Source: the human T2T-CHM13v2.0 reference genome, Homo sapiens. From it: a stretch of 64,000 nucleotides of DNA. A program made the position numbers and the translations under genes. The stretch lies in the NCBI RefSeq assembly GCF_009914755.1, contig NC_060938.1; one strand, written 5' to 3'. Each line of letters opens with the position of its first letter. Position 1 is the first letter of the stretch. Under the pieces are notes generated by a model. The model was not told where the DNA came from and did not search any database. It saw only the letters and a program-made list of their open reading frames with translations. Shown in pieces: positions 27,501-41,469 of this stretch.

Positions 27501-30500
27501 ATTCCATTCTATTCCATTCCATTCCATTCCGTTCCATTCCATTCCATTCCATTCCATTCCATTCCATTCCATTCGGGTTGATTCAATTCCATTCTATACC
27601 ATTCCATTCCATTCCATTCCATTCCATTCCATTCCATTCCATTCCATTTCTTTCAATTCCGCTCGAGTTGATTCAATTCCATTCTATTCCATTCCATTCT
27701 ATTCCATTCTACTCTGGTGGGTTCCATTACTTTCCTTTCCATTCGATTCCATTCCATTCCATTCTATTCCATTGCATTCCATTCCATTCCATTCTACTCT
27801 GGTGGGTTCCATTACTTTCTTTCCATTCGATTCCATTCAATTCCATTCCATTCCCTTCCACTGAATTCCCTTACTTTCCATTCCATTCCATTTAATTCCA
27901 CTCGGGATGATTCATTTCCATTGAATTCCATTCCATTCCATTCCTTTCCCCTGGGGTTGATTCAATTCCATTCTACTCCATTCCATTCCATTCCATTCCA
28001 TTCCATTCCATTCCATTCCATTCCATTCGATTCCATTCCATTCCGCTCGTGTTCATTAAATTCCATTCTATTCCATTCCATTCCATTCCTTTCCATTCCA
28101 TTCCATTCCATTCCATTCCATTCCATTCCATTCCATTCCATTCCATTCGGGTTGATTCAATTCCATTCTACACCATTCCATTCCATTCCATTCCATTCCA
28201 TTCCATTTCGTTCAATTCCGTTCGACTTGATTCAATTCCATTCTATTCCATTCCATTACATTCCATTCTACTCTGGTGGGTTCCATTACTTTCCTTTCCA
28301 TTCGATTCCATTCCATTCCATTCTATTCCATTGCATTCCATTCCATTCCATTCTACTCTGGTGGGTTCCATTACTTTACTTTCCATTCGATTCCATTCGA
28401 TTCCATTCCATTCCATTCCACTGAATTCCCTTACTTTCCATTCCATTCCATTTAATTCCACTCGGGATGATTCATTTCCATTGAATTCCATTCCATTCCA
28501 TACCTTTCTCCTCGGGTTGTTTCATTTCCATTCTACTCCTTTCCATTCCATTCCATTCCATTCCATTCCGCTCATGTTCATTCAATTCCATTCTATTCCA
28601 TTCCATTCCATTCCTTTCCATTCCATTCCATTCCTTTCCATTCGGGTTGATGCAATTCCATTCTATACCATTACATTACATTCCATTCCATTCCTTTCCA
28701 TTCAATTCCATTGCGTTCCATTCTGCTCGGGTTGATTCAATTCCATTCTATTCCATTCCATTCCATTCCATTCTACTCGGGTGGATTCCATTACTTTCAT
28801 TTCCATTCGATTCCATTCCATTCCATTCCACTCCATTCCCTTCCTTTCGTTCCATTCCAATGAAACCCACTCGGGTTGATTCCATTCCATTCCATTCCAT
28901 TCCATTCCATTCCATTCCATTCCATTCCTTTCCACTCGGGTTGATTCAATTCCATTCTATTCCATTCGATTCCATTCCGTTCCTTTCCACTCGGGCTGAT
29001 TCAATTCCATTCTATTCCATTCCATTCCATTCCATTCCAATCGATTCCTTTCCACACGGGTTGATTCAATTCCGTTCTATTCCATTGCATTCCATTTACC
29101 TCCATTGCATTGAATTCCATTCCATTCGATTCCATTCCACTAGGGTTGGTTCCATTCATTTCTATTCCATTCCATTCCATTCCATTCAATTCCACTCCGG
29201 TTGACTCAATTCCATTATATTGAATTCCATTCCATTCCATTCCATTCCATTCCATTCCACTCCATTCCATTCGGTTTGATTCCATTCCATTCAATTCAAT
29301 TACATTCCTTTCCTTTCCATACCATTCCATTCCATTGCATTACACTTGGGTTTATTCAGTTGCATTCTATTCCATTCCATTCCATTCCATTCCATTCCAT
29401 TCCATTGCACTCGAGTTGATTCCATTCAATTCTATTCCATTCCATTCCATTCCATTCCAATCGAGCAGTTTCAATTCCATTCTATACCACTCCATTCCAT
29501 TTCATTCAATTCCATTCCATTCCATTCTATTCCACTCTGGGTGACTCAATTCCATTATATTCTATTCCATTCCATTCAATTCCCTTCCTCTCAGATTGAT
29601 TTGATTCCGTTGTTTTCCATTCCATTCCATTCCATTCCATTCTACTCGGGTTGATTAAATACCATTATATTCCATTCGATTCCATTCCATTCCATTCCAT
29701 TCCATTCCATTCCGTTTCATTCCATACCATTCCATTCCATTCCATACCATTCCATTCCATTCCACTCGGTTTAAATGAATTCCACTCTATTCTATTCCAT
29801 TCCATTCCATTCCATGCCATTCCATTCCATTCCACTCGGGTTGATTCAATTCCATTCTAATACATTCCATTCCATTCCATTCCATTCCATTCCATTCCAT
29901 TCCGCTCGTGTTCATTCAATTCCATTCTATTCCATTCCATTCCATTCCATTCCATTCCATTCCATTCCATTCGGGTTGATTCATTTCCATTCTATACCAT
30001 TCCATTCCATTCCATTCCATTCCATTTCGTTCAATTCTGCTCGAGTTGATTCAATTCCATTCTATTCCATTCCATTCCATTCCATTCTACTCTGGTGGGT
30101 TCCATTACTTTCCTTTCCATTCGATTCCATTCCATTCCAATCCATTCCATTCTATTCCATTCCATTCCATTCCATTCTACTATGGTGGGTTCCATTACTT
30201 TCCTTTCCATTCGATTCGATTCGATTCCATTCCATTCCATTCCATTCCATTCCATTCCATTCCATTCCCCTGAATTCCCTTCCTTTCCATTCCATTCCAT
30301 TTAATTCCACTCGGGATGATTCATTTCCATTGAATTCCATTCCATTCCATACCTTTCCCCTCGGGTTGTTTCAATTCCATTCTACTCCATTCCATTCCAT
30401 TCCATTCCGTTCCTTTCCATTCCATTCCATTCCATTCCATTCCATTCCATTCCATTCCTTTCCATTCCATTCCATTCCATTCCTTTCCATTCCATTCCGC

Positions 30501-33500
30501 TCGTGTTCATTCAATTCCTTTCTATTCCATTCCATTCCATTCCTTTCATTCCATTCCATTCCATTCCATTCGGGTTGATTCAATTCCATTCTATGCCATT
30601 CCATTCCATTCCATTCCATTCCTTTCCATTCAATTCCATTGCATTCCATTCAGCTCGGGTTGATTCAATTCCATTCTATTCCATTCCATTCCTTTCCATT
30701 CCATTCCATTCCCTTCCATTCCATTCCACTCCGGTTGACTCAATTCCATTATATTGAATTCCATTCCATTCCATTCCATTCCATTCAATTCCTCTCGGGT
30801 TGAGTCGATTCCATTCTGTTCCATTCTATTCCATTCCATTCCATTCCGATCTTCTCGGGTTGATTAAATACCAATATACTCCATTCCATTCCATTCAATT
30901 CCATTCCATTCCATTCCATAACATTCCATTAAACTCGGTTTAAATGAATTCCAGTATATTCCATTCCAATCAATTCCATTCCATTCCATTCCACTCGGGT
31001 TAGTTGCATTTCATTCCATTCCATTCCATTCCATGCCATTATATTCCATTCCACTCGGGTTGATTCAATTCCATTCTATTCCATTCTATTCAATTCCATT
31101 CCATTCCATTCCATTCCATACCATTCCATCCCATTCCACTCGGTGTTGATTCAAATCCATGCTATTCCATTCCATTCCATTACATTACATTCCACTCGAG
31201 TTGATTCAATTCCATTCTATTCCCTTCCATTCCATTCCACTCCATTCCCTTCCATTCCATTCCACTCTGGTTAATTTAATTCAATTCTATTCCGTTCCAT
31301 TCCATTCCATTCCTTTACACTCGGGTTGATTCAATTCCACTCCCTTGCATTTCACTACGTTCCATTCCATTCCATTCAATTCCATTGATTCCATTCGTGT
31401 TGATTCCATTCAATTACATTCCATTACATTCCTTTCCTTTCCATTCCCTTCCATTCCATTCCACTGCACTCCATTCCATTCCATTCCGTTAAATTCTATT
31501 CCCTTCCATTCCACAAGGGAGTTGATTTAATTCCATTCTATTCCATTCTATTCCATTGTATTCCATTCTATTCCATTCCATTCCGTTCTATTCCACTCCA
31601 TTCCATTCCTTTCCATTCCATTCCATACCACGTGGGTTGATTCAATTCCATTCTATTCCATTGCATTCCATTCCATTCCATTTTATTCCCTTCAATTCCA
31701 ATCGGGTTGATTCAATTCCGTTCTATTCTACTCCATTCCATTCCTTTCAATTCCATTCCACTTGGGTTGATTCAATTCCTTTCTATTCCACTCCATTCCA
31801 TTAAATTTGATTCCATTCCATTCGATTCCCCTCCATTCCATTCCATTCCACAGGGGTTGATTCAATTCGTATCTGTTCCATTCCAGTCCTTTCCATTCAA
31901 TTCCATTCCATTCCATTCTATTCCACTGCATTCATTTCCTTTCCATTCCATTCCATTCCATTCCATCCCTTCCCATTCTGTTCCACTCGGGGTTGATTCA
32001 AATCCATTCTATTCCATTCCATTCTATTCCATTCCATTCCATTCAACTCGGGTATATTCAATTGCATTCTGTTGTATTCCATTCCATTCCATTCCATTCC
32101 ATTCCATTCCATTCCAATCCATTCCACTCATGTTAATGCAATTCATTTCTATTCCATTCCATTCCATTACATTACATTACATTACATTCCACTCCATTCC
32201 ATTCGGTTTCATTCCATTCCATTCTATTCAATTACATTCCTTTCCTTTCCATACCATTCCATTCCATTGCATTCCACTTGGGTTTATTCAGTTGCATTCT
32301 GTTCCATTCCATTCCATTCCATTCCATTCCATTCCATTCCATTCGATTCCATTCCATTCCATTCCACTCGGGTTGATTCCATTCAATTCTATTCCATTCC
32401 ATTCCATTCCAATCGAGCAGTTTCAATTCCATTCTATACCACTCCATTCCATTTCATTCAATTCCATTCCATTCCATTCTATTCCACTCTGGGTGACTCA
32501 ATTCCATTATATTCTATTCCATTCCATTCAATTCCATTGCTCTCAGGTTGATTCGATTCCGTTGTTTTCCATTCCATTCCATTCCATTCCACTCGGGTTG
32601 ATTAAATACCATTATATTCCATTCGATTCCATTCCATTCCATTCCATTCCATTCCATTCCATTCCATTTCATTCCATACCATTCCATTCCATTCCATACC
32701 ATTCCATTCCATTCCACTCGGTTTAAGTGAATTCCAGTCGATTCCATTCCATTCCATTCCATTCCATTCCATTCCATTCCATGCCATTCCATTCCATTCC
32801 ACTCGGCTTGATTCAATTCCATTCTAATACATTCCATTCCATTCCATTCCATTCCATTCCATTCCGCTCGTGTTCATTCAATTCCATTCTATTCCATTCC
32901 ATTCCATTCCATTCCATTCAATTCCATTCCATTCGGGTTGATTCAATTCCATTCTATACCATTCCATTCCATTCCATTCCATTCCATTTCGTTCAATTCC
33001 GCTCGAGTTGATTCAATTCCATTCTATTCCATTCCATTACATTCCATTCTACTCTGGTGGGTTCCATTACTTTCCTTTCCATTCGATTCCATTCCATTCC
33101 ATTCTATTCCATTGCATTCCATTCCATTCCATTCTACTCTGGTGGGTTCCATTACTTTCCTTTCCATTCGATTCCATTCGATTCCATTACATTCCCTTCC
33201 ACTGAATTCCCTTACTTTCCATTCCATTCCATTTAATTCCACTCGGGATGATTCATTTCCATTGAATTCCATTCCATTCCATTCCTTTCCCCTCGGGTTG
33301 ATTCAATTCCATTCTACTCCATTCCATTCCATTCCATTCCATTCCATTCCATTCCATTCCATTCCATTCCATTCCATTCCGCTCGTGTTCATTCAATTCC
33401 ATTCTATTCCATTCCATTCCATTCCATTCCTTTCCATTGCATTCCATTCCATTCCATTCCTTTCCATTGCATTCCATTCCATTCCATTCGGGTTGATTCA

Positions 33501-35000
33501 ATTCCATTCTATACCATTCCATTCCATTCCATTCCATTCCTTTCCATTCAATTCCATTGCGTTCCATTCAGCTCGGGTTGGTTCAATTCCATTCTATTCC
33601 ATTCCATTCCATTCCATTCTACTCGGGTGGATTCCATTACTTTCATTTCCATTCGATTCCATTCCATTCCATTCCACTCCATTCCCTTCCCTTCGTTCCA
33701 TTCCAATGAAACCCAGTCGGGTTGATTCCATTCCATTCGATACCATTCCATTCGATTCCATTCCATTCCATTCCATTCCATTCCATTCCATTCCGTTCCT
33801 TTCCACTCGGGTTGATTCAATTCCATTCTATTCCATTCCATTCCATTCCATTCCAATCGATTCCATTTCACACGGGTTGATTCAATTCCGTTCTATTCCA
33901 TTGCATTCCATTCCATTCCATTCGATTCCATTCCACTAGGTTTGATTCCATTCATTTCTATTCCATTCCATTCCATTCCATTCAATTCCACTCCGGTTGA
34001 CTCAATTCCATTATATTGAATTCCATTCCATTCCATTCCATTCCATTCCATTCCACTCCATTCCACTCATGTTAATGCAATTCACTTCTATTCCATTCCA
34101 TTACATTACATTCCATTCCACTCCATTCCATTCGGTTTGATTCCATTCCATTCTATTCAATTACATTCCTTTCCTTTCCATACCATTCCATTCCATTGCA
34201 TTCCACTTGGGTTTATTCAGTTGCATTCTATTCCATTCCATTCCATTCCATTGCATTCCATTCCATTCCATTCCACTCGGGTTGATTCCATTCAATTCTA
34301 TTCCATTCCAATCCAATCCATTCCACTCGGGTTGATTCCATTCAATTCTATTCCATTCCATTCCATTCCAATCGAGCAGTTTCAATTCCATTCTATACCA
34401 CTCCATTCTATTTCATTCAATTCCATTCCATTCCATTCTATTCCACTCTGGGTGACTCAATTCCATTATATTCTATTCCATTCCATTCAATTCCATTCCT
34501 CTCAGGTTGATTCGATTCCGTTGTTTTCCATTCCATTCCATTCCATTCCATTCCATTCCATTCCACTCGGGTTGATTAAATACCATTATATTCCATTCCA
34601 TTCCAATCCATTCCATTCCATTCCATTCCATTCCATTCCATTCCATTTCATTCCATACCATTCAATTCCATTCCATACCATTCCATTCCATTCCACTCGG
34701 TTTAAATGAATTCCAGTCTATTCGATTCCATTCCATTCCATTCCATGCCATTCCATTCCATTCCACTCGGGTTGATTCAACTCCATTCTAATACATTCCA
34801 TTCCATTCCATTCCATTCCATTCCATTCCATTCCATTCCATTCCATTCCATTTCGCTCGTGTTCATTTAATTCCATTCTATTCCATTCCATTCCATTCCA
34901 TTCCATTCGGGTTGATTCAGTTCCATTCTATACCATTCCATTCCATTCCATTCCATTCCATTTCGTTCAATTCCGCTCGAGTTGATTCAATTCCATTCTA
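24550..35000 (+). repeat. Imperfect tandem duplication, offset ~5.4 kb
   Basis: Shared variants: CTATGGTGGG (~24785 / ~30180), TTCCCCTGAATTC (~24865 / ~30265), CCCCTCGGGTTGTTTCAA (~24957 / ~30357), GATCTTCTCGGG (25443 / 30848), TTCGTATCTG (26491 / 31866). Confidence 0.75.
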
Positions 35001-38000
35001 TTCCATTCCATTCCATTCCATTCTACTCTGGTGGGTTCCATTACTTTCCTTTCCATTCGATTCCATTCCATTCCATTCCATTCCATTCCATTCCATCCCA
35101 TTCCATTCCATTCCATTCCTTTCCCCTCGGGTTGATTCAATTCCATTATACTCCATTCCATTCCATTCCATTCCATTCCTTTCCATTCCATTCCATTCCC
35201 TTCCATTCCGCTCGTGTTCATTCAATTCCATTCTATTCCATTCCATTCCATTCCTTTCATTCCATTCCATTCCATTCCATTCGGGTTGATTCAATTCCAT
35301 TCTATGCCATTCCATTCCATTCCATTCCATTCCTTTCCTTTCAATTCCATTGCGTTCCATTCAGCTCGGGTTGATTCAATTCCATTCTATTCCATTCCAT
35401 TCAATTCCATTCCATTGAATTCCACTCCGGTTGACTCAATTCCATTATATTGAATTCCATTCCAATCCATTCCATTCCATTCAATTCCTCTCGGGTTGAG
35501 TCGATTCCATTCTTTTCCATTACATTCCATTCCATTCCATTCAGATCCACTCGGGTTGATTAAATACCATTATATTCCATTCCATTCCATTCTATTCCAT
35601 TCCATTCCATTCCATTCCATTCCATACCATTCCATTCCATTAAACTCGGTTTAAATGAATTCCAGTCTATTCCATTCCAATCAATTCCATTCCATTCCAT
35701 TCCACTCGGGTTAGTTGCATTTCATTCCATTCCATTCCATTCCGTTATATTCCATTCGACTCGGGTTGATTCAATTCCATTCTATTCCATTCCATTCAAT
35801 TACATTCCATTCCATTCCATTCCGTACCATTCCATCCCATTCCACTCGGTGTTGATTCAAATCCATGCTATTCCATTCCATTCCATTACATTACATTCCA
35901 CTCGAGTTGATTCAATTCCATTCTATTCCCTTCCATTCCATTCCACTCCATTCCCTTCCATTCCATTCCACTCAGGTTAATTTAATTCAATTCTATTCCG
36001 TTCCATTCCACTCCATTCCTTTACACTCGGGTTGATTCAATTCCACTCCCTTGTATTTCACTACGTTCCATTCCATTCCATTCAATTCCTTTGATTCCAT
36101 TCGTGTTGATTCCATTCCATAACATTCCATTACATTCCTTTCCTTTCCATTCCCTTCCATTCCGTTCCACTGCACTCCATTCCATTCCATTCCGTTAAAT
36201 CCCATTCCCTTCCATTCCACAAGGGAGTTGATTTAATTCCATTCTATTCCATTCTATTCCATTGTATTCCATTCTATTCCATTCCATTCCGTTCTATTCC
36301 ACTCCATTCCATTCCTTTCCATTCCATTCCATACCACGTGGGTTGATTCAATTCCATTCTATTCCATTGCATTCCATTCCATTCCATTTTATTCCCTTCA
36401 ATTCCACTCGGGTTGATTCAATTCCGTTCTATTCTACTCCATTCCATTCCTTTCAATTCCATTCCACTTGGGTTGATTCAATTCCTTTCTATTCCACTCC
36501 ATTCCATTAAATTTGATTCCATTCCATTCGATTCCCCTCCATTCCATTCCATTCCACAGGGGTTGATTCAATTCGTATCTGTTCCATTCCAGTCCTTTCC
36601 ATTCAATTCCATTCCATTCCATTCTATTCCACTGCATTCATTTCCTTTCCATTCCATTCCATTCCATTCCATCCCATCCCATTCTGTTCCACTCGGGGTT
36701 GATTCAAATCCATTCTATTCCATTCCATTCTATTCCATTCCATTCCATTCAACTCGGGTATATTCCATTGCATTCTGTTGTATTCCATTCCATTCCATTC
36801 CATTCCATTCCATTCCATTCCATTCCAATCCATTCCACTCATGTTAATGCAATTCATTTCTATTCCATTCCATTACATTACATTACATTACATTCCACTC
36901 CATTCCATTCGGTTTCATTCCATTCCATTCTATTCAATTACATTCCTTTCCTTTCCATACCATTCCATTCCATTGCATTCCACTTGGGTTTATTCAGTTG
37001 CATTCTGTTCCATTCCATTCGATTCCATTCCATTCCATTCCATTCGTTTCCATTCCATTCCATTCCACTCGGGTTGATTCCATTCAATTCTATTCCATTC
37101 CATTCCATTCCAATCGAGCAGTTTCAATTCCATTCTATACCACTCCATTCCATTTCATTCAATTCCATTCCATTCCATTCTATTCCACTCTGGGTGACTC
37201 AATTCCATTATATTCTATTCCATTCCATTCATTTCCATTGCTCTCAGGTTGATTCGATTCCGTTGTTTTCCATTCCATTCCATTCCATTCCACTCGGGTT
37301 GATTAAATACCATTATATTCCATTCGATTCCATTCCATTCCATTCCATTCCATTCCATTCCATTCCATTCCATTTCATTCCATACCATTCCATTCCATTC
37401 CATACCATTCCATTCCATTCCACTCGGTTTAAATGAATTCCAGTCGATTCCATTCCATTCCATTCCATTCCATTCCATTCCATTCCATTCCATGCCATTC
37501 CATTCCATTCCACTCGGGTTGATTCAATTCCATTCTAATACATTCCATTCCATTCCATTCCATTCCATTCCATTCCGCTCGTGTTCATTCAATTTCATTC
37601 TATTCCATTCCATTCCATTCCATTCCATTCAATTCCATTCCATTCGGGTTGATTCAATTCCATTCTATACCATTCCATTCCATTCCATTCCATTCCATTT
37701 CGTTCAATTCCGCTCGAGTTGATTCAATTCCATTCTATTCCATTCCATTACATTCCATTCTACTCTGGTGGGTTCCATTACTTTCCTTTCCATTCGATTC
37801 CATTCCATTCCATTCTATTCCATTGCATTCCATTCCATTCCATTCTACTCTGGTGGGTTCCATTACTTTCCTTTCCATTCGATTCCATTCGATTCCATTA
37901 CATTCCCTTCCACTGAATTCCCTTACTTTCCATTCCATTCCATTTAATTCCACTCGGGATGATTCATTTCCATTGAATTCCATTCCATTCCATTCCTTTC

Positions 38001-40950
38001 CCCTCGGGTTGGTTCAATTCCATTCTACTCCATTCCATTCCATTCCATTCCATTCCATTCCATTCCGCTCGTGTTCATTCAATTCCATTCTATTCCATTC
38101 CATTCCATTCCATTCCTTTCCATTGCATTCCATTCCATTCCATTCCTTTCCATTGCATTCCATTCCATTCCATTCGGGTTGATTCAATTCCATTCTATAC
38201 CATTCCATTCCATTCCATTCCTTTCCATTCAATTCCATTGCGTTCCATTCAGCTCGGGTTGGTTCAATTCCATTCTATTCCATTCCATTCCATTCCATTC
38301 TACTCGGGTGGATTCCATTACTTTCATTTCCATTCGATTCCATTCCATTCCATTCCACTCCATTCCCTTCCCTTCGTTCCATTCCAATGAAACCCAGTCG
38401 GGTTGATTCCATTCCATTCGATACCATTCCATTCGATTCCATTCCATTCCATTCCATTCCATTCCATTCCATTCCATTCCGTTCCTTTCCACTCGGGTTG
38501 ATTCAATTCCATTCTATTCCATTCCATTCCATTCCATTCCAATCGATTCCATTTCACACGGGTTGATTCAATTCCGTTCTATTCCATTGCATTCCATTCC
38601 ATTCCATTCGATTCCATTCCACTAGGTTTGATTCCATTCATTTCTATTCCATTCCATTCCATTCCATTCAATTCCACTCCGGTTGACTCAATTCCATTAT
38701 ACTGAATTCCATTCCATTCCATTCCATTCCATTCCATTCCACTCCATTCCACTCATGTTAATGCAATTCACTTCTATTCCATTCCATTACATTACATTCC
38801 ATTCCACTCCATTCCATTCGGTTTGATTCCATTCCATTCTATTCAATTACATTCCTTTCCTTTCCATACCATTCCATTCCATTGCATTCCACTTGGGTTT
38901 ATTCAGTTGCATTCTATTCCATTCCATTCCATTCCATTGCATTCCATTCCATTCCATTCCACTCGGGTTGATTCCATTCAATTCTGTTCCATTCCAATCC
39001 AATCCATTCCACTCGGGTTGATTCCATTCAATTCTATTCCATTCCATTCCATTCCAATCGAGCAGTTTCAATTCCATTCTATACCACTCCATTCTATTTC
39101 ATTCAATTCCATTCCATTCCATTCTATTCCACTCTGGGTGACTCAATTCCATTATATTCTATTCCATTCCATTCAATTCCATTCCTCTCAGGTTGATTCG
39201 ATTCCGTTGTTTTCCATTCCATTCCATTCCATTCCATTCCATTCCACTCGGGTTGATTAAATACCAATATATTCCATTCCATTCCAATCCATTCCATTCC
39301 ATTCCATTCCATTCCATTCCATTTCATTCCATACCATTCAATTCCATTCCATACCATTCCATTCCATTCCACTCGGTTTAAATGAATTCCAGTCTATTCG
39401 ATTCCATTCCATTCCATTCCATGCCATTCCATTCCATTCCACTCGGGTTGATTCAACTCCATTCTAATACATTCCATTCCATTCCATTCCATTCCATTCC
39501 ATTCCATTCCATTCCATTTCGCTCGTGTTCATTCAATTCCATTCTATTCCATTCCATTCCATTCCATTCCATTCCATTCCATTCCATTCCATTCGGGTTG
39601 ATTCAGTTCCATTCTATACCATTCCATTCCATTCCATTCCATTCAATTTCGTTCAATTCCGCTCGAGTTGATTCAATTCCATTCTATTCCATTCCATTCC
39701 ATTCCATTCTACTCTGGTGGGTTCCATTACTTTCCTTTCCATTCGATTCCATTCCATTCCATTCCATTCCATTCCATTCCATTCCATCCCATTCCATTCC
39801 ATTCCATTCCTTTCCCCTCGGGTTGATTCAATTCCATTATACTCCATTCCATTCCATTCCATTCCATTCCTTTCCATTCCATTCCATTCCATTCCATTCC
39901 ATTCCATTCCCTTCCATTCCGCTCGTGTTCATTCAATTCCATTCTATTCCATTCCATTCCATTCCTTTCATTCCATTCCATTCCATTCCATTCGGGTTGA
40001 TTCAATTCCATTCTATGCCATTCCATTCCATTCCATTCCATTCCTTTCCTTTCAATTCCATTGCGTTCCATTCAGCTCGGGTTGATTCAATTCCATTCTA
40101 TTCCATTCCATTCAATTCCATTCCATTGAATTCCACTCCGGTTGACTCAATTCCATTATATTGAATTCCATTCCAATCCATTCCATTCCATTCAATTCCT
40201 CACGGGTTGAGTCGATTCCATTCTGTTCCATTACATTCCATTCCATTCCATTCAGATCCACTCGGGTTGATTAAATACCATTATATTCCATTCCATTCCA
40301 TTCTATTCCATTCCATTCCATTCCATTCCATTCCATACCATTCCATTCCATTAAACTCGGTTTAAATGAATTCCAGTCTATTCCATTCCAATCAATTCCA
40401 TTCCATTCCATTCCACTCGGGTTAGTTGCATTTCATTCCATTCCATTCCATTCCGTTATATTCCATTCGACTCGGGTTGATTCAATTCCATTCTATTCCA
40501 TTCCATTCAATTACATTCCATTCCATTCCATTCCGTACCATTCCATCCCATTCCACTCGGTGTTGATTCAAATCCATGCTATTCCATTCCATTCCATTAC
40601 ATTACATTCCACTCGAGTTGATTCAATTCCATTCTATTCCCTTCCATTCCATTCCACTCCATTCCCTTCCATTCCATTCCACTCAGGTTAATTTAATTCA
40701 ATTCTATTCCGTTCCATTCCACTCCATTCCTTTACACTCGGGTTGATTCAATTCCACTCCCTTGTATTTCACTACGTTCCATTCCATTCCATTCAATTCC
40801 TTTGATTCCATTCGTGTTGATTCCATTCCATAACATTCCATTACATTCCTTTCCTTTCCATTCCCTTCCATTCCGTTCCACTGCACTCCATTCCATTCCA
40901 TTCCGTTAAATCCCATTCCCTTCCATTCCACAAGGGAGTTGATTTAATTC
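31530..40950 (+). repeat. Near-identical tandem duplication, unit ~4.71 kb (two copies)
   Basis: Private variants in both copies: ACCCAGTCGGG...TTCGATACC (~33711 / ~38392), CCAGTCGATTCC (~32734 / ~37440), TTCGACTCGGG (~35755 / ~40466). ORF translations are identical at 35993/40704 (offset 4711) and near-identical at 31556/36262 (offset 4706). Confidence 0.92.
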
Positions 40951-41469
40951 CATTCTATTCCATTCTATTCCATTGTATTCCATTCCATTCCATTCCATTC
41001 CGTTCTATTCCACTCCATTCCATTCCTTTCCATTCCATTCCATTCCATTCCATACCACGTGGGTTGATTGAATTCCATTCTATTCCATTGCATTCCATTC
41101 AATTTCATTCCCTTCAATTCCACTCGGGTTGATTCAATTCCGTTCTATTCTACTCCATTCCATTCCTTTCAATTCCATTCCACTTGGGTTGATTCAATTC
41201 CTTTCTATTCCACTCCATTCCATTAAATTCGATACCATTCCATTCGATTCCCCTCCATTCCATTCCATTCCACAGGGGTTGATTCAATTCCTATCTGTTC
41301 CATTCCAGTCCTTTCCATTCCATTCCGTTCCATTCCATTCCATCCCATGCCATTCTGTTCCACTTGGGGTTGATTCAAATCCATTCTATTCCATTCCATT
41401 CTATTCCATTCCATTCCATTCTACTCGGGTATATTCAATTGCATTCTGTTGTATTCCATTCCATTCCAT

